Positions 10,520 through 19,275 of a stretch of DNA of 64,000 nt are shown here, piece after piece (position 1 is the stretch's first letter; every line of letters begins with the position of its first letter). The translations under genes and the position numbers were made by a program. Origin of the DNA: an uncultured Candidatus Saccharibacteria bacterium. Its GTDB lineage: Bacteria; Patescibacteriota; Minisyncoccia; Phycocordibacterales; CAIRYW01. The stretch covers positions 1,598-65,597 of the forward strand of contig CAYORS010000002.1 in NCBI GenBank assembly GCA_964406475.1, in the 5' to 3' direction. Under the pieces are notes generated by a model. The model did not search any database. It was not told the origin of the DNA and saw only the letters and a program-made list of their open reading frames with translations.

Positions 10520-11515
10520 TTATTTTATTTCTATATTAGAGGGAAGAAGATTGTGAGTCTCGAGGAAATCTCGCATCGTCACATCTCCCATACCAAACCC
10601 GACAGTAGGGAGTGGTTCAACCCCAAACATCTCGAGTAGGTTATCATAGCGTCCACCGCCGAAAAGTGATCTATTGTTTGCAGGATCAGTATCGAACACT
10701 TCAAATACCATACCGGTGTAGTAGTCAAAGCCACGCATAATTGAAGATTCAAATTTTATATTTGTTATTCCTTTAGCCCTTAGCTTGTCTACCAGTTTAC
10801 TTAAGTCAGATGCTTCATATATTTTTCGAGCCTCAATTTCGTCAAATGGTCGAGCGAAATATTTTTCATTTCCTTCCTTTTGATCCTCAGGAGAAAGCTT
10901 TGGTCGCCTATCAAGAAAAGACATAACTTCTTTCCATTGGTTTTGGTCTCGAAGGATCGGTTTGTACATTTCAAATATAACCCTTCTGTCATTAACTTGT
11001 ATTTGAAAGTCCTCATCCTTAGCTCCAAACTCTTTCATTATATTGTATGCAAGTGTAATTATCTCTACCTCCGCATCTATTGTAGAGAAATCCTTGTTGT
11101 TACCCATAACATCACAATTGAGTTGCCAATGTTCGCGTCGTCGGCCACGCTGTGATCGCTCATAACGGAAACAGTTGGGAATAGAAAACCATCTGAGGGG
11201 AAGCTTGAGACCCTTTCTGCGTGCAGCAACCATTCGCGCGAGTGTCGGTGTCATCTCTGGTCGCAGCGCTACTTCTCGATCACCTTTGTCGATAAAGGTG
11301 TACATTTGTTCATTTACGATTTCTTCGTTTCTTTCTCCCTTTGCCTTGTAAAGGTCAGCTGACTCGAGGATGGATGCTCCGTACTCAACATAGCCGAACT
11401 CTTTGGCAACTTTGCGCCACGTATCAAAAATGTAATTTTGTATCGCCATATCCTCAGGGTAGAAGTCTCGGACGCCTTTGTATGGTTCTGTACTTAGTTT
11501 TTGTTTTTCTATCAT
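10520..11515 (-). CDS. hisS: Histidyl-tRNA synthetase catalytic core (class II) without an anticodon-binding domain
   Basis: Motif 2 FRYERSQRGRRREHWQ. Histidine-binding GGGRYDNL. Motif 3 GFGMGDVTMRDF. The protein ends ~25 aa after motif 3 (331 aa), and the next gene starts 4 bp downstream. Confidence 0.75.
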   Translation of the reverse strand: MIEKQKLSTEPYKGVRDFYPEDMAIQNYIFDTWRKVAKEFGYVEYGASILESADLYKAKGERNEEIVNEQMYTFIDKGDREVALRPEMTPTLARMVAARRKGLKLPLRWFSIPNCFRYERSQRGRRREHWQLNCDVMGNNKDFSTIDAEVEIITLAYNIMKEFGAKDEDFQIQVNDRRVIFEMYKPILRDQNQWKEVMSFLDRRPKLSPEDQKEGNEKYFARPFDEIEARKIYEASDLSKLVDKLRAKGITNIKFESSIMRGFDYYTGMVFEVFDTDPANNRSLFGGGRYDNLLEMFGVEPLPTVGFGMGDVTMRDFLETHNLLPSNIEIK

Positions 11516-11603
11516 AGTCTGTATAGTAGCATTTTTTTATCGATAAAAAAAGCTTGCTTTGTTATGTGTTTTGATTATGATTATGAGTAGGAGGTAAATT
11601 ATT

Positions 11604-11846
11604 ATGCTTACAGTTTCTTGTTCTTGTTCCCACTGCAATAGCTCATTTGAAGGTGTTCCTGGTGACAGTGTTTGTGCTGCATGTCTTCAAAAGATTAGAG
11701 AAAAGGAAAAAGAAAGGTATGTGGAGGAATGGCTCGCAAGATACCCACGCCTAGATGATGAATGCTTGAGAGCTATTTTGATGGAATTATGGGAGCTTAG
11801 AGTGAAGGTCGGCAATCTTTCGCGCCAACCTGAAATCCTGGGTTAG
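11604..11846 (+). CDS. Small zinc-ribbon protein (CxCxxC…CxxC), function unknown
   Basis: Strong SD AGGAGG 8 nt upstream of the ATG. Cys motifs in the first 30 aa. Followed by a hairpin plus T-run. Confidence 0.5.
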   Translation: MLTVSCSCSHCNSSFEGVPGDSVCAACLQKIREKEKERYVEEWLARYPRLDDECLRAILMELWELRVKVGNLSRQPEILG

Positions 11847-11876
11847 AAGTGTACTTCGGACACTTCTTTTTATTTT
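11846..11876 (+). terminator. Intrinsic terminator after the zinc-ribbon gene
   Basis: GAAGTGT-acttcg-GACACTTC followed by TTTTTATTTT. Confidence 0.4.
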
Positions 11877-11880
11877 AGTC

Positions 11881-12633
11881 ATGAAAATAAGTACTTATAA
11901 ACAATTAGGTGAAACACCACTCGAAGCTCTCGAAAGAATAAGGGTGGAAAGAGCGATACCTATAAATGTGCCTATGACATATGCAGGGCGACTCGATCCT
12001 ATGGCAGAGGGGCTACTTTTGATATTGGTGGGAGAGGAATGTAAGAACAAGGACGATTATCTAGGACTCGATAAAGAGTATGAAGTGGAAGTGTTGTTTG
12101 GATTTGAGACGGATACAGGAGACACACTAGGGAAAGTCAAAGATCAAAAGTCAGAAGTCAAAACTGAAATTCAAAAATCAAAAATAGAAGAAATTCTAAA
12201 AACATTCATTGGAAAATCTGTCCAGGAGTACCCCGCATACTCGTCAAAGACCGCAAATGGGGTACAACTTCATACACTTGCGAATAAAGGTGAATTGCCA
12301 GACAAAATGCCAACAAGGGAAGTTGAGATATATAGTATAGATATATTAGAGGAGAGAGAAATAAGTTCAAAGATTCTGCTTAAAGAAATAAAAGCAAGAG
12401 TGAAGAAAGTGAATGGGGATTTTAGACAAAAAGAAATTATTGAACTATGGGATAAGAATCTCAAAGACAAAAAAGACAGTTTTAAAATAATAAAAATAAA
12501 AGTGAAGTGTTCAAGTGGGACGTATATGCGTTCACTTGCACACAATCTTGGTAGTACCCTAGGAGTTCCTGCTCTTGCATATTCAATAAAGCGAACAAAG
12601 ATTGGTGAATCTTTTGAGAGATGTAATATATAA
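11881..12633 (+). CDS. truB: tRNA pseudouridine(55) synthase
   Basis: Catalytic Asp motif GRLDPMAEGLLLIL (compare GTLDPxAxGvL). Confidence 0.85.
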   Translation: MKISTYKQLGETPLEALERIRVERAIPINVPMTYAGRLDPMAEGLLLILVGEECKNKDDYLGLDKEYEVEVLFGFETDTGDTLGKVKDQKSEVKTEIQKSKIEEILKTFIGKSVQEYPAYSSKTANGVQLHTLANKGELPDKMPTREVEIYSIDILEEREISSKILLKEIKARVKKVNGDFRQKEIIELWDKNLKDKKDSFKIIKIKVKCSSGTYMRSLAHNLGSTLGVPALAYSIKRTKIGESFERCNI

Positions 12634-12699
12634 CAAAATCATAAATTGTCAATAAAATTTGATGTCATAATATGATTGTATATATGCTACAATCTACCT

Positions 12700-13977
12700 A
12701 TGCGACAAACACACATTTTTACCAAAACCCGTTTTGAGGCACCAAAAGATGAGGTGTCCAAAAACGCCGAGATTCTTATTCGTGCTGGGTTTATTTACAA
12801 AAACTTTGCTGGAGTGTATTCGTCATTGCTGTTAGGGCTCCGTGTGATGAAAAAAATAGAAAATATAGTACGAGAAGAAATGAACAGAATCGGAGGTCAA
12901 GAGATTTATCTTGCATCGCTTCAAGACAAAAAACTATGGGAAAAAACAAACCGATGGGATGATGCTGTAGTGGATAATTGGTTTAAGACAAAACTCAAAA
13001 ATGATACAGAGCTTGGGCTTGGGTTTACTCATGAAGAACCTTTGACTCAACTAATGAAAGATCATATCAGATCTTATAAAGATCTTCCTGTGTATGCATA
13101 TCAGTTCCAGACAAAGTTTCGAAATGAAACACGGGCAAAGAGTGGGATTCTTCGAGGGCGAGAGTTTCTTATGAAAGATCTGTATTCTTTTTCAAAAAAT
13201 GAAGAGGAGCATAATGCATTTTATCGTAAAGCAACACAAGCTTACATGAATATCTTTGATCGTGTGGGGTTAGGTGGAAAAACTTACCTCACATTTGCAT
13301 CGGGTGGAGTGTTTGCAAAATATTCGCATGAATTTCAAACTGAGACAGAAGCGGGTGAAGATATAATTTATGCTAATAAAGATACATCACTCATGAAGTC
13401 TGCTGTCAAAGGTTCTGCAGTGAATAAAGAAGTTTACAATGATGAGGTCTTAAAAGAGCTTGGATACCATAAAGAAGATTTGATTGAGAAAAAAACAGTC
13501 GAAGTCGGAAACATCTTTACTCTCGGGACTCGTTTCTCAGAGCCTTTGGGGCTTGCTTATGTTGATGAGAATGGCGAATCAAAGCCAGTTTTTATGGGAT
13601 CATATGGTATTGGTATAGGACGCCTTATGGGAACTATCGTTGAAGTATTGGGCAAAGACAAAGAAATGATTTGGCCTCTCACTGTATCGCCTTTTGCCGT
13701 TCATATTATTGATTTGTCGCAAGGGGATGAAAGTATCAAAAAAGCATCCAATGAATTATATGAACGACTCGAAAAAGAAAACATCGAAACACTTCTGGAT
13801 GATCGTGATATACGTGCAGGAGAAAAATTCGGTGATGCTGATTTGATTGGAATTCCATATCGTGTTACCGTTGGTAAAAAATCGATTGAGCAAGGAGGAT
13901 ATGAATTTAAAAACCGTATAACAGGAGAGGTGAATATAAAGAATATTGAGGAGATAATTAAGATTTTAAGACAATGA
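12700..13977 (+). CDS. proS: Prolyl-tRNA synthetase, compact form lacking the editing insertion
   Basis: Class II motif 2 FRNETRAKSGILRGREFLMKD. C-terminal anticodon-binding domain. Track ORF starts at 12676; the Met at 12700 is more likely. Confidence 0.85.
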   Translation: MRQTHIFTKTRFEAPKDEVSKNAEILIRAGFIYKNFAGVYSSLLLGLRVMKKIENIVREEMNRIGGQEIYLASLQDKKLWEKTNRWDDAVVDNWFKTKLKNDTELGLGFTHEEPLTQLMKDHIRSYKDLPVYAYQFQTKFRNETRAKSGILRGREFLMKDLYSFSKNEEEHNAFYRKATQAYMNIFDRVGLGGKTYLTFASGGVFAKYSHEFQTETEAGEDIIYANKDTSLMKSAVKGSAVNKEVYNDEVLKELGYHKEDLIEKKTVEVGNIFTLGTRFSEPLGLAYVDENGESKPVFMGSYGIGIGRLMGTIVEVLGKDKEMIWPLTVSPFAVHIIDLSQGDESIKKASNELYERLEKENIETLLDDRDIRAGEKFGDADLIGIPYRVTVGKKSIEQGGYEFKNRITGEVNIKNIEEIIKILRQ

Positions 13978-15032
13978 AATTTTTAGACAAAATCAAACAG
14001 GCTTTTTCAAACGATATTGGAATCGATCTTGGTACTGCAAATACGTTGGTACATTTGGAAGGGAAAGGGATTGTGGTCAATGAGCCTTCTGTTGTGGCTG
14101 TCAATACAAAAACAGGACAAGTGGTGGCTGTGGGGAGCCAGGCAAAAGAAATGCTCGGCAAAACACCAGGACACATTACTGCAGTGCGTCCTCTTGTTGA
14201 TGGGGTGATATCAGATTTTGAGGTGACAGAAGAGATGATGTCGTATTTGATTGGTCGTGCAGAAGGAGAGCAAAAAAAAATGTTAGGACCTCGCGTGGTG
14301 ATAGGTGTACCGTCAGGGATTACAAACGTAGAAAGGCGAGCTGTGCGTGACGCAACCATAAATGCAGGTGCTCGAGAGGTTTATATTGTTGAAGAGCCTA
14401 TGGCGGCTGCAATAGGAATTGGAATACCAATTCAAGATCCAACAGGTAATATGATTGTTGATATTGGAGGTGGCACAACAGATATCGCCATTATTTCACT
14501 TGGAGGTATTGTGCATTCTCGCAATATCAAAATCGCAGGAGACAAACTCAACAATGATATTGTTCTTTTCTTAAAAAATGAATTAAAAATTCTTGTGGGC
14601 GATAAGACAGCGGAAGATATTAAGATCAACCTCGGTAATGTTCTTATAAGTGATACTCCACATGAAATGACAATTAGGGGCCGTGATTTGATTACTGGTT
14701 TGCCACGAGAGGTAGTTGTGACAGAAGCTGATGTACGAGAAGCTATTGCTAATTCAATTGATGTTCTTATTGAATCAATTAAAGAAGTAATTGAAATAAC
14801 TCCTCCAGAAGTTGTGGCTGATATTATGCATCGAGGTCTTCATCTTGTGGGAGGAGGAGCTTTATTGCGAGGTATACCTGAACTTTTAAATGAAGTCCTC
14901 AAAATCCCTGTTCATGTGGCAGATGATCCATTGACTGCTGTTGTGAGGGGGACAGGAATAATCCTTGGTGATATTGAAGGTTTTGGTGACGCACTAATAA
15001 AAAACGAAGATGAACTACCGTTTTCAGCATAA
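13974..15032 (+). CDS. mreB: Rod-shape determining actin homologue MreB
   Basis: DLGTANTLV phosphate-1 motif; VVIGVPSG, DIGGGTTD. Confidence 0.92.
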   Translation: MKFLDKIKQAFSNDIGIDLGTANTLVHLEGKGIVVNEPSVVAVNTKTGQVVAVGSQAKEMLGKTPGHITAVRPLVDGVISDFEVTEEMMSYLIGRAEGEQKKMLGPRVVIGVPSGITNVERRAVRDATINAGAREVYIVEEPMAAAIGIGIPIQDPTGNMIVDIGGGTTDIAIISLGGIVHSRNIKIAGDKLNNDIVLFLKNELKILVGDKTAEDIKINLGNVLISDTPHEMTIRGRDLITGLPREVVVTEADVREAIANSIDVLIESIKEVIEITPPEVVADIMHRGLHLVGGGALLRGIPELLNEVLKIPVHVADDPLTAVVRGTGIILGDIEGFGDALIKNEDELPFSA

Positions 15033-15765
15033 AAAGAGACCTACATATCGGATTTATATTGTAGGCAGTATTGTTGTGTTGTGTTTGTTTGCACATATCT
15101 TTTTTAGAGATTTTTTGTTTAGATCGCTTATCACAATAAAAGGTGGGATTGAAAAAACAGTTGATTTTGTCTTGCCACAGAGTTTTCGCCGTAACAGCAT
15201 CCTTGAAGAAGAGAATAAGAGACTCCGCGAAGAAATCACAAATCTAATTGCATCAAACGCAATCATTCCTGTTTTGCAAAAAGAAAATCAAGATTTGCAT
15301 TTTCTTTTTCAAAAAAGAAAAGCGTCAACAACTGAAGTGTTGGGTACGGTTGTTGCATATCCTTCAAAGACTCCTTTTGATGAGCTTGTTGTTGAGATAA
15401 CAGGAGAGACAAAAGTGGGTGACAGGGTCTTTGTGGGAGGACTTGTTTTGGGTGAGGTGGTAGAAGTAATATCGCCTTATGCAACAGTGCGTCTGTTTTC
15501 TTCACCAGGTAATACTTTTCAGGGTAAAATTGGTGATAACAAGGTGGATGTGAGAGGGTTAGGAGGAGGTGCTTTTGAGGCTCTTGTACCTATCGGTATG
15601 TCTATCAAAGTAGGTGACCCTCTTGTCTTGCAATCCCTGAGTCCTAAAGTCTTTGGTGTTGTGATGTCGGTTGAAGAAAAAGAATCCGAGGGATTTAAAA
15701 GACTTCTTTTTTCTTTGCCGGTGAATCTTAATATGATTAATTATGTTGTGATAAAAAACAATTAA
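15010..15765 (+). CDS. mreC: Rod-shape determining protein MreC
   Basis: Position after mreB. N-terminal TM, coiled-coil, then beta-rich C-terminal domain. Confidence 0.7.
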   Translation: MNYRFQHKKRPTYRIYIVGSIVVLCLFAHIFFRDFLFRSLITIKGGIEKTVDFVLPQSFRRNSILEEENKRLREEITNLIASNAIIPVLQKENQDLHFLFQKRKASTTEVLGTVVAYPSKTPFDELVVEITGETKVGDRVFVGGLVLGEVVEVISPYATVRLFSSPGNTFQGKIGDNKVDVRGLGGGAFEALVPIGMSIKVGDPLVLQSLSPKVFGVVMSVEEKESEGFKRLLFSLPVNLNMINYVVIKNN

Positions 15766-16025
15766 TGATGTATCGTTTCTTTATTACTATACTTGTTTTG
15801 TTGAGTTTTTTTATTCTCCCGTGGTGGTGTACTGTGCTTTTATGTATCGCAAGCTCGATTTTTTTTGATTATAAAGAAATGATTGTTTTTGGTTTTTTGT
15901 ATGATGTGTTGTACAACACAAAGGAAACTTTTTTGGCGGGACATATTTTTTTTATCGGAGCACTGTGTCTTTATGGTATGATGATAATCGTTAGACCTTA
16001 CATAAAGACAGAGTATGTTTCGTAA
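15765..16025 (+). CDS. Small two-TM membrane protein in the MreD position (putative MreD-like)
   Basis: 86 aa hydrophobic protein lying between mreC and the PBP2 gene. Confidence 0.4.
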   Translation: MMYRFFITILVLLSFFILPWWCTVLLCIASSIFFDYKEMIVFGFLYDVLYNTKETFLAGHIFFIGALCLYGMMIIVRPYIKTEYVS

Positions 16026-17709
16026 AATACAATCTTTTTGGAAAAAAACAAAACACAAACAATATTCCACAGTCAATCCTGAGGAAATTTTTCTTGATTC
16101 TTCCAATCTTCCTTCCTTCAATCGAGATCAGTTTGAGGGTCGTATTGAAACCTCGATTTCAAAAACATCTCTTACTCTTATAAAAATCTGTTTTGCTTTG
16201 ATTGTGATTGTGTTTGTCTATAAGGTGTGGGATTTGCAAGTAATCCAAGGTGATTTTTATCTTCAAAAATCACTTACAAACACTCTCAAAAAAGATATTA
16301 TCTTTGCTCACAGAGGTATTATTGTTGACAGGAACAACGCATCTCTTGTGTGGAACGAAGAATCAAATGAAAGACCGTATGATACAAGGGAGTACGTACA
16401 ACAAAGAGGATTTTCTCATCTTCTTGGGTTTGTTAAATACCCGGGGCAAGATGCTACGGGTAAGTTTTATAGTTTTGATACATTAGGACAAGATGGATTA
16501 GAAAAATATTTTAATCAAAATCTCAGTGGAACAAATGGTTCAAAACTGACCGAAACAAATGTAAAAGGTGAGATAGAAAGCCAAAGTATTCTTCTCCCTC
16601 CTCAAAATGGACAAAAAATCACCCTCTCGATTGACTCTCGTGTTCAAAGCCAGTTCTTCAATGAACTTGCTCGTGCTGTGGATGAGTCGGGTTTTGCTGG
16701 GGGGGCTGGGGTGATTATGGATACGCATACAGGAGAAGTTTTGGCTCTTGTGTCATATCCTGATTATAGTTCTGAGGTAATGACTCTGGGACAAGATAGG
16801 TTAAAAATAAAAGAATATTTGGAATCAAAACGTCAACCGTTTCTTGATCGTGCAATTTCTGGTTTGTATGCACCAGGATCTATTGTGAAGCCTTTTATTG
16901 CACTCGGTATTCTTGAAGAGAGTATTATTGATCCCAATAAACAAATTTTGACAGAAGGCTTTCTTTCTCTTCCCAATCCATATGATCCAGAGCATCCTAC
17001 TATCTTTAAAGACTGGAAAAACCACGGCATTGTCGATATGAGAAAGGCTATAGCCGTATCTTCTGATGTATATTTTTATATCACTGGAGGTGGATTCAAA
17101 AATCAAAAAGGACTCGGGATTTCAAAGATTGACGAGTATATGTCCAAATTCTTTTTTGGTGTTTCAACTTTTGGTTTCTTTGATGGGCCTGCAGGGACGA
17201 TACCCACTCCAGAATGGAAAGCTCGTCTTTTTGACGGAGAAGATTGGCGTATTGGTAATACATATCACACAGCAATTGGGCAGTATGGTTTTCAGGTGAC
17301 ACCACTTCAAATCGCTCGAGCAATGACAGGTATTGCAACTGAAGGCGATATTGTGGAACCTGTAATTACAAAAGATGAACAAGGTCAAAAAACACACATT
17401 GATGATATCGAGTCAAAAAATTACAAAGTAGTCAAAGAGGGAATGAGACAGGCTGTCACAAACGGTACTGCTATTGCTCTCAATATAAGTACACTGGCTG
17501 TCGCAGCAAAAACGGGAACAGCAGAGCTTGGAAGTTTGAAACAAAAAGTAAACTCGTGGGTAGAAGGGTTTTTCCCTTACGATAATCCGCGCTATACTTT
17601 TGCTGTTGTGCTTGAAAACGGACCTACCACATACAAGGTAAGTGCAATGCAAGTAATGGGACATACTCTCAAGTGGATGACAGAAAATACTCCTGAATAT
17701 ACAAAGTAG
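16015..17709 (+). CDS. mrdA: Penicillin-binding protein 2 (elongasome transpeptidase)
   Basis: N-terminal TM; SxxK (GSIVKPF), SxN and KTGTAE transpeptidase motifs. Follows mreBCD. Confidence 0.85.
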   Translation: MFRKIQSFWKKTKHKQYSTVNPEEIFLDSSNLPSFNRDQFEGRIETSISKTSLTLIKICFALIVIVFVYKVWDLQVIQGDFYLQKSLTNTLKKDIIFAHRGIIVDRNNASLVWNEESNERPYDTREYVQQRGFSHLLGFVKYPGQDATGKFYSFDTLGQDGLEKYFNQNLSGTNGSKLTETNVKGEIESQSILLPPQNGQKITLSIDSRVQSQFFNELARAVDESGFAGGAGVIMDTHTGEVLALVSYPDYSSEVMTLGQDRLKIKEYLESKRQPFLDRAISGLYAPGSIVKPFIALGILEESIIDPNKQILTEGFLSLPNPYDPEHPTIFKDWKNHGIVDMRKAIAVSSDVYFYITGGGFKNQKGLGISKIDEYMSKFFFGVSTFGFFDGPAGTIPTPEWKARLFDGEDWRIGNTYHTAIGQYGFQVTPLQIARAMTGIATEGDIVEPVITKDEQGQKTHIDDIESKNYKVVKEGMRQAVTNGTAIALNISTLAVAAKTGTAELGSLKQKVNSWVEGFFPYDNPRYTFAVVLENGPTTYKVSAMQVMGHTLKWMTENTPEYTK

Positions 17710-17743
17710 ATTGATTTTTTAGTTTTTTGTTGTAAGGTAAACA

Positions 17744-18175
17744 TTGATGAAGACTATGTTCCTTTTGTTGGTCACGAGTATACTCGTGAGTTGTATCCCA
17801 CAAGGTAATTACCAAGGTGTTCCGATGCCTCCGTATCGTGACGCTCCGGTGAAGTTCGAATCGAGAACACAAAATCCTCCTGTGTGTCACACGTCTCGAT
17901 GTGTGCAACAGCAGAGGGTTGTTCAAGAAAGGGTTGTGTTTGTGGAAAAACCTACACCGATCCCACAACCTTACCCTGTATACATTGAGAGACCACAACC
18001 AGTATTTATTCCCATTCAGAGACAGCCTGTTTCAATGTCTGATCCTGTCTATGAACCAAGATGCAGACAGGTGATACAGATGTGTCCACAACCGGTATTT
18101 ACACCACCTCCTTGGGGGTCGTGTAGGCAAATATCTATGCCACCACCGTGTTATGGGAATCCATATCATCAGTAA
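17744..18175 (+). CDS. Pro/Gln-rich Cys-containing lipoprotein, unknown function
   Basis: Signal peptide with lipobox LVSC. Repeated P-Q-P-[VY] segments. Confidence 0.5.
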   Translation: MMKTMFLLLVTSILVSCIPQGNYQGVPMPPYRDAPVKFESRTQNPPVCHTSRCVQQQRVVQERVVFVEKPTPIPQPYPVYIERPQPVFIPIQRQPVSMSDPVYEPRCRQVIQMCPQPVFTPPPWGSCRQISMPPPCYGNPYHQ

Positions 18176-18225
18176 ATCCCTCAAAAAAGCATTGCTTTGA
18201 GAGGGTATTTTTATTGTTTATATAT

Positions 18226-18253
18226 ATTGACAAAATAATCAAATATGATATAA
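18226..18253 (+). promoter_or_regulatory. Near-consensus sigma-70 promoter (TTGACA-16-TATAAT) for the second lipoprotein gene
   Basis: Read directly from the sequence. Confidence 0.45.
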
Positions 18254-18296
18254 TTAAAAAAGATTCCAGTGAGTCTGTCAAACAAAACAAACTATT

Positions 18297-18599
18297 ATGA
18301 AAACAGTGTTCCTTACCATTCTTCTTTCCATGTCTTGCTTTATCACCTCCTGCACTCCACAAATGCAGGCAAATTTACAGCGGGCTGCTCTTGCAGGGAT
18401 TGCTCAAGGACTCCAGCCTCGTGGATATCCTCAACAAAGAGGGTATCCTAAGCGGGTGATGTCGCCACAAATGGGGTATTCGCAACAAATACATTCGCAA
18501 GGATATCCTGTTGGGTATATGCCGCAAGGTGGATACTCTCAAATGATGGGTGGTGGGTATGGGCGTGACCATGGGTTTACGCTTTATCCAAGAAGATGA
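18297..18599 (+). CDS. Gly/Tyr/Gln-rich low-complexity lipoprotein
   Basis: Lipobox ITSC. Repeats of GYPQQ / GYSQ. Confidence 0.5.
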   Translation: MKTVFLTILLSMSCFITSCTPQMQANLQRAALAGIAQGLQPRGYPQQRGYPKRVMSPQMGYSQQIHSQGYPVGYMPQGGYSQMMGGGYGRDHGFTLYPRR

Positions 18600-18607
18600 T
18601 TTGTTAA

Positions 18608-18645
18608 GCCAGGGACGCAATTGCGCTCCCTGGCTTTTCTTTTTG
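18608..18645 (+). terminator. Intrinsic terminator (GCCAGGGA-CGCAATTGCG-CTCCCTGGC followed by a T-run)
   Basis: Perfect 8-9 bp GC-rich stem followed by TTTTCTTTTT. Confidence 0.65.
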
Positions 18646-18646
18646 A

Positions 18647-18675
18647 TTGACTTTTGAGGTCAAAAGTTTTAAAAT
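18647..18675 (+). promoter_or_regulatory. greA promoter (TTGACT-17-TAAAAT) overlapping an 8-2-8 palindrome ACTTTTGA-GG-TCAAAAGT
   Basis: Read directly. The palindrome at 18650-18667 spans the -35 box and the spacer. Confidence 0.4.
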
Positions 18676-18713
18676 AGCATTGTTTTTCAATATAAAATCT
18701 AATCATAAAATAT

Positions 18714-19181
18714 ATGGCCGACGAAAAAGAGTATTTGACAAAAGAAAAGTTTGAAGAATTGAAAGCCGAGCTCGAAGAACTCAAAAAAACAAAAAGACGA
18801 GAGGTTGCTGACAGTCTTGAATATGCCAAATCTATGGGTGATCTTTCTGAAAATGCAGAATACCAAGAGGCTCGAGAAATGCAAGCAGAAGTAGAAGATC
18901 GTGTAAGTAAGCTTGAAAATATTTTGAAAAATGCTTCTATTGTATCTTCTCATCATGGAGGTGTTGTCACAATTGGTTCGACTGTTGTTGTTAAAAAGCA
19001 CGGAGACAAAGAAAACCGTACATACCAAATTGTAGGTTCTGAAGAGGCAGATATATCAAAAGGGAAGATCTCTAATCATTCACCAATTGGGCTTGCGATA
19101 ATGGGCAAAAAGAAAGGTGATAAGTTTGATGTGGCTACTCCAAAAGGAAAGATTGTATATGAGCTTGTTGATGTAAAATAA
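18714..19181 (+). CDS. greA: Transcription elongation factor GreA
   Basis: N-terminal coiled-coil with the acidic tip (…EYAKSMGDLSENAEYQEAREMQ…). C-terminal FKBP-like domain. Confidence 0.9.
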   Translation: MADEKEYLTKEKFEELKAELEELKKTKRREVADSLEYAKSMGDLSENAEYQEAREMQAEVEDRVSKLENILKNASIVSSHHGGVVTIGSTVVVKKHGDKENRTYQIVGSEEADISKGKISNHSPIGLAIMGKKKGDKFDVATPKGKIVYELVDVK

Positions 19182-19185
19182 AACA

Positions 19186-19223
19186 AAAGCCGCGCCCCTG
19201 TGGGGCGCGGCTTTTGTTTTTTT
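19186..19223 (+). terminator. Intrinsic terminator after greA
   Basis: AGCCGCGCCCC-TG-TGGGGCGCGGCT followed by TTTTGTTTTTTT. Confidence 0.75.
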
Positions 19224-19275
19224 ATAAGAAATCATATACTGGAAACTTTGTTCTTTCTCCTATATACTACTAATT

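Noticed and set aside
10520-11515. Frameshifted or split hisS hiding the anticodon-binding domain
   Set aside because: The stop is followed 4 bp later by the start of the next gene on the same strand. No ABD-like sequence exists in any frame downstream.
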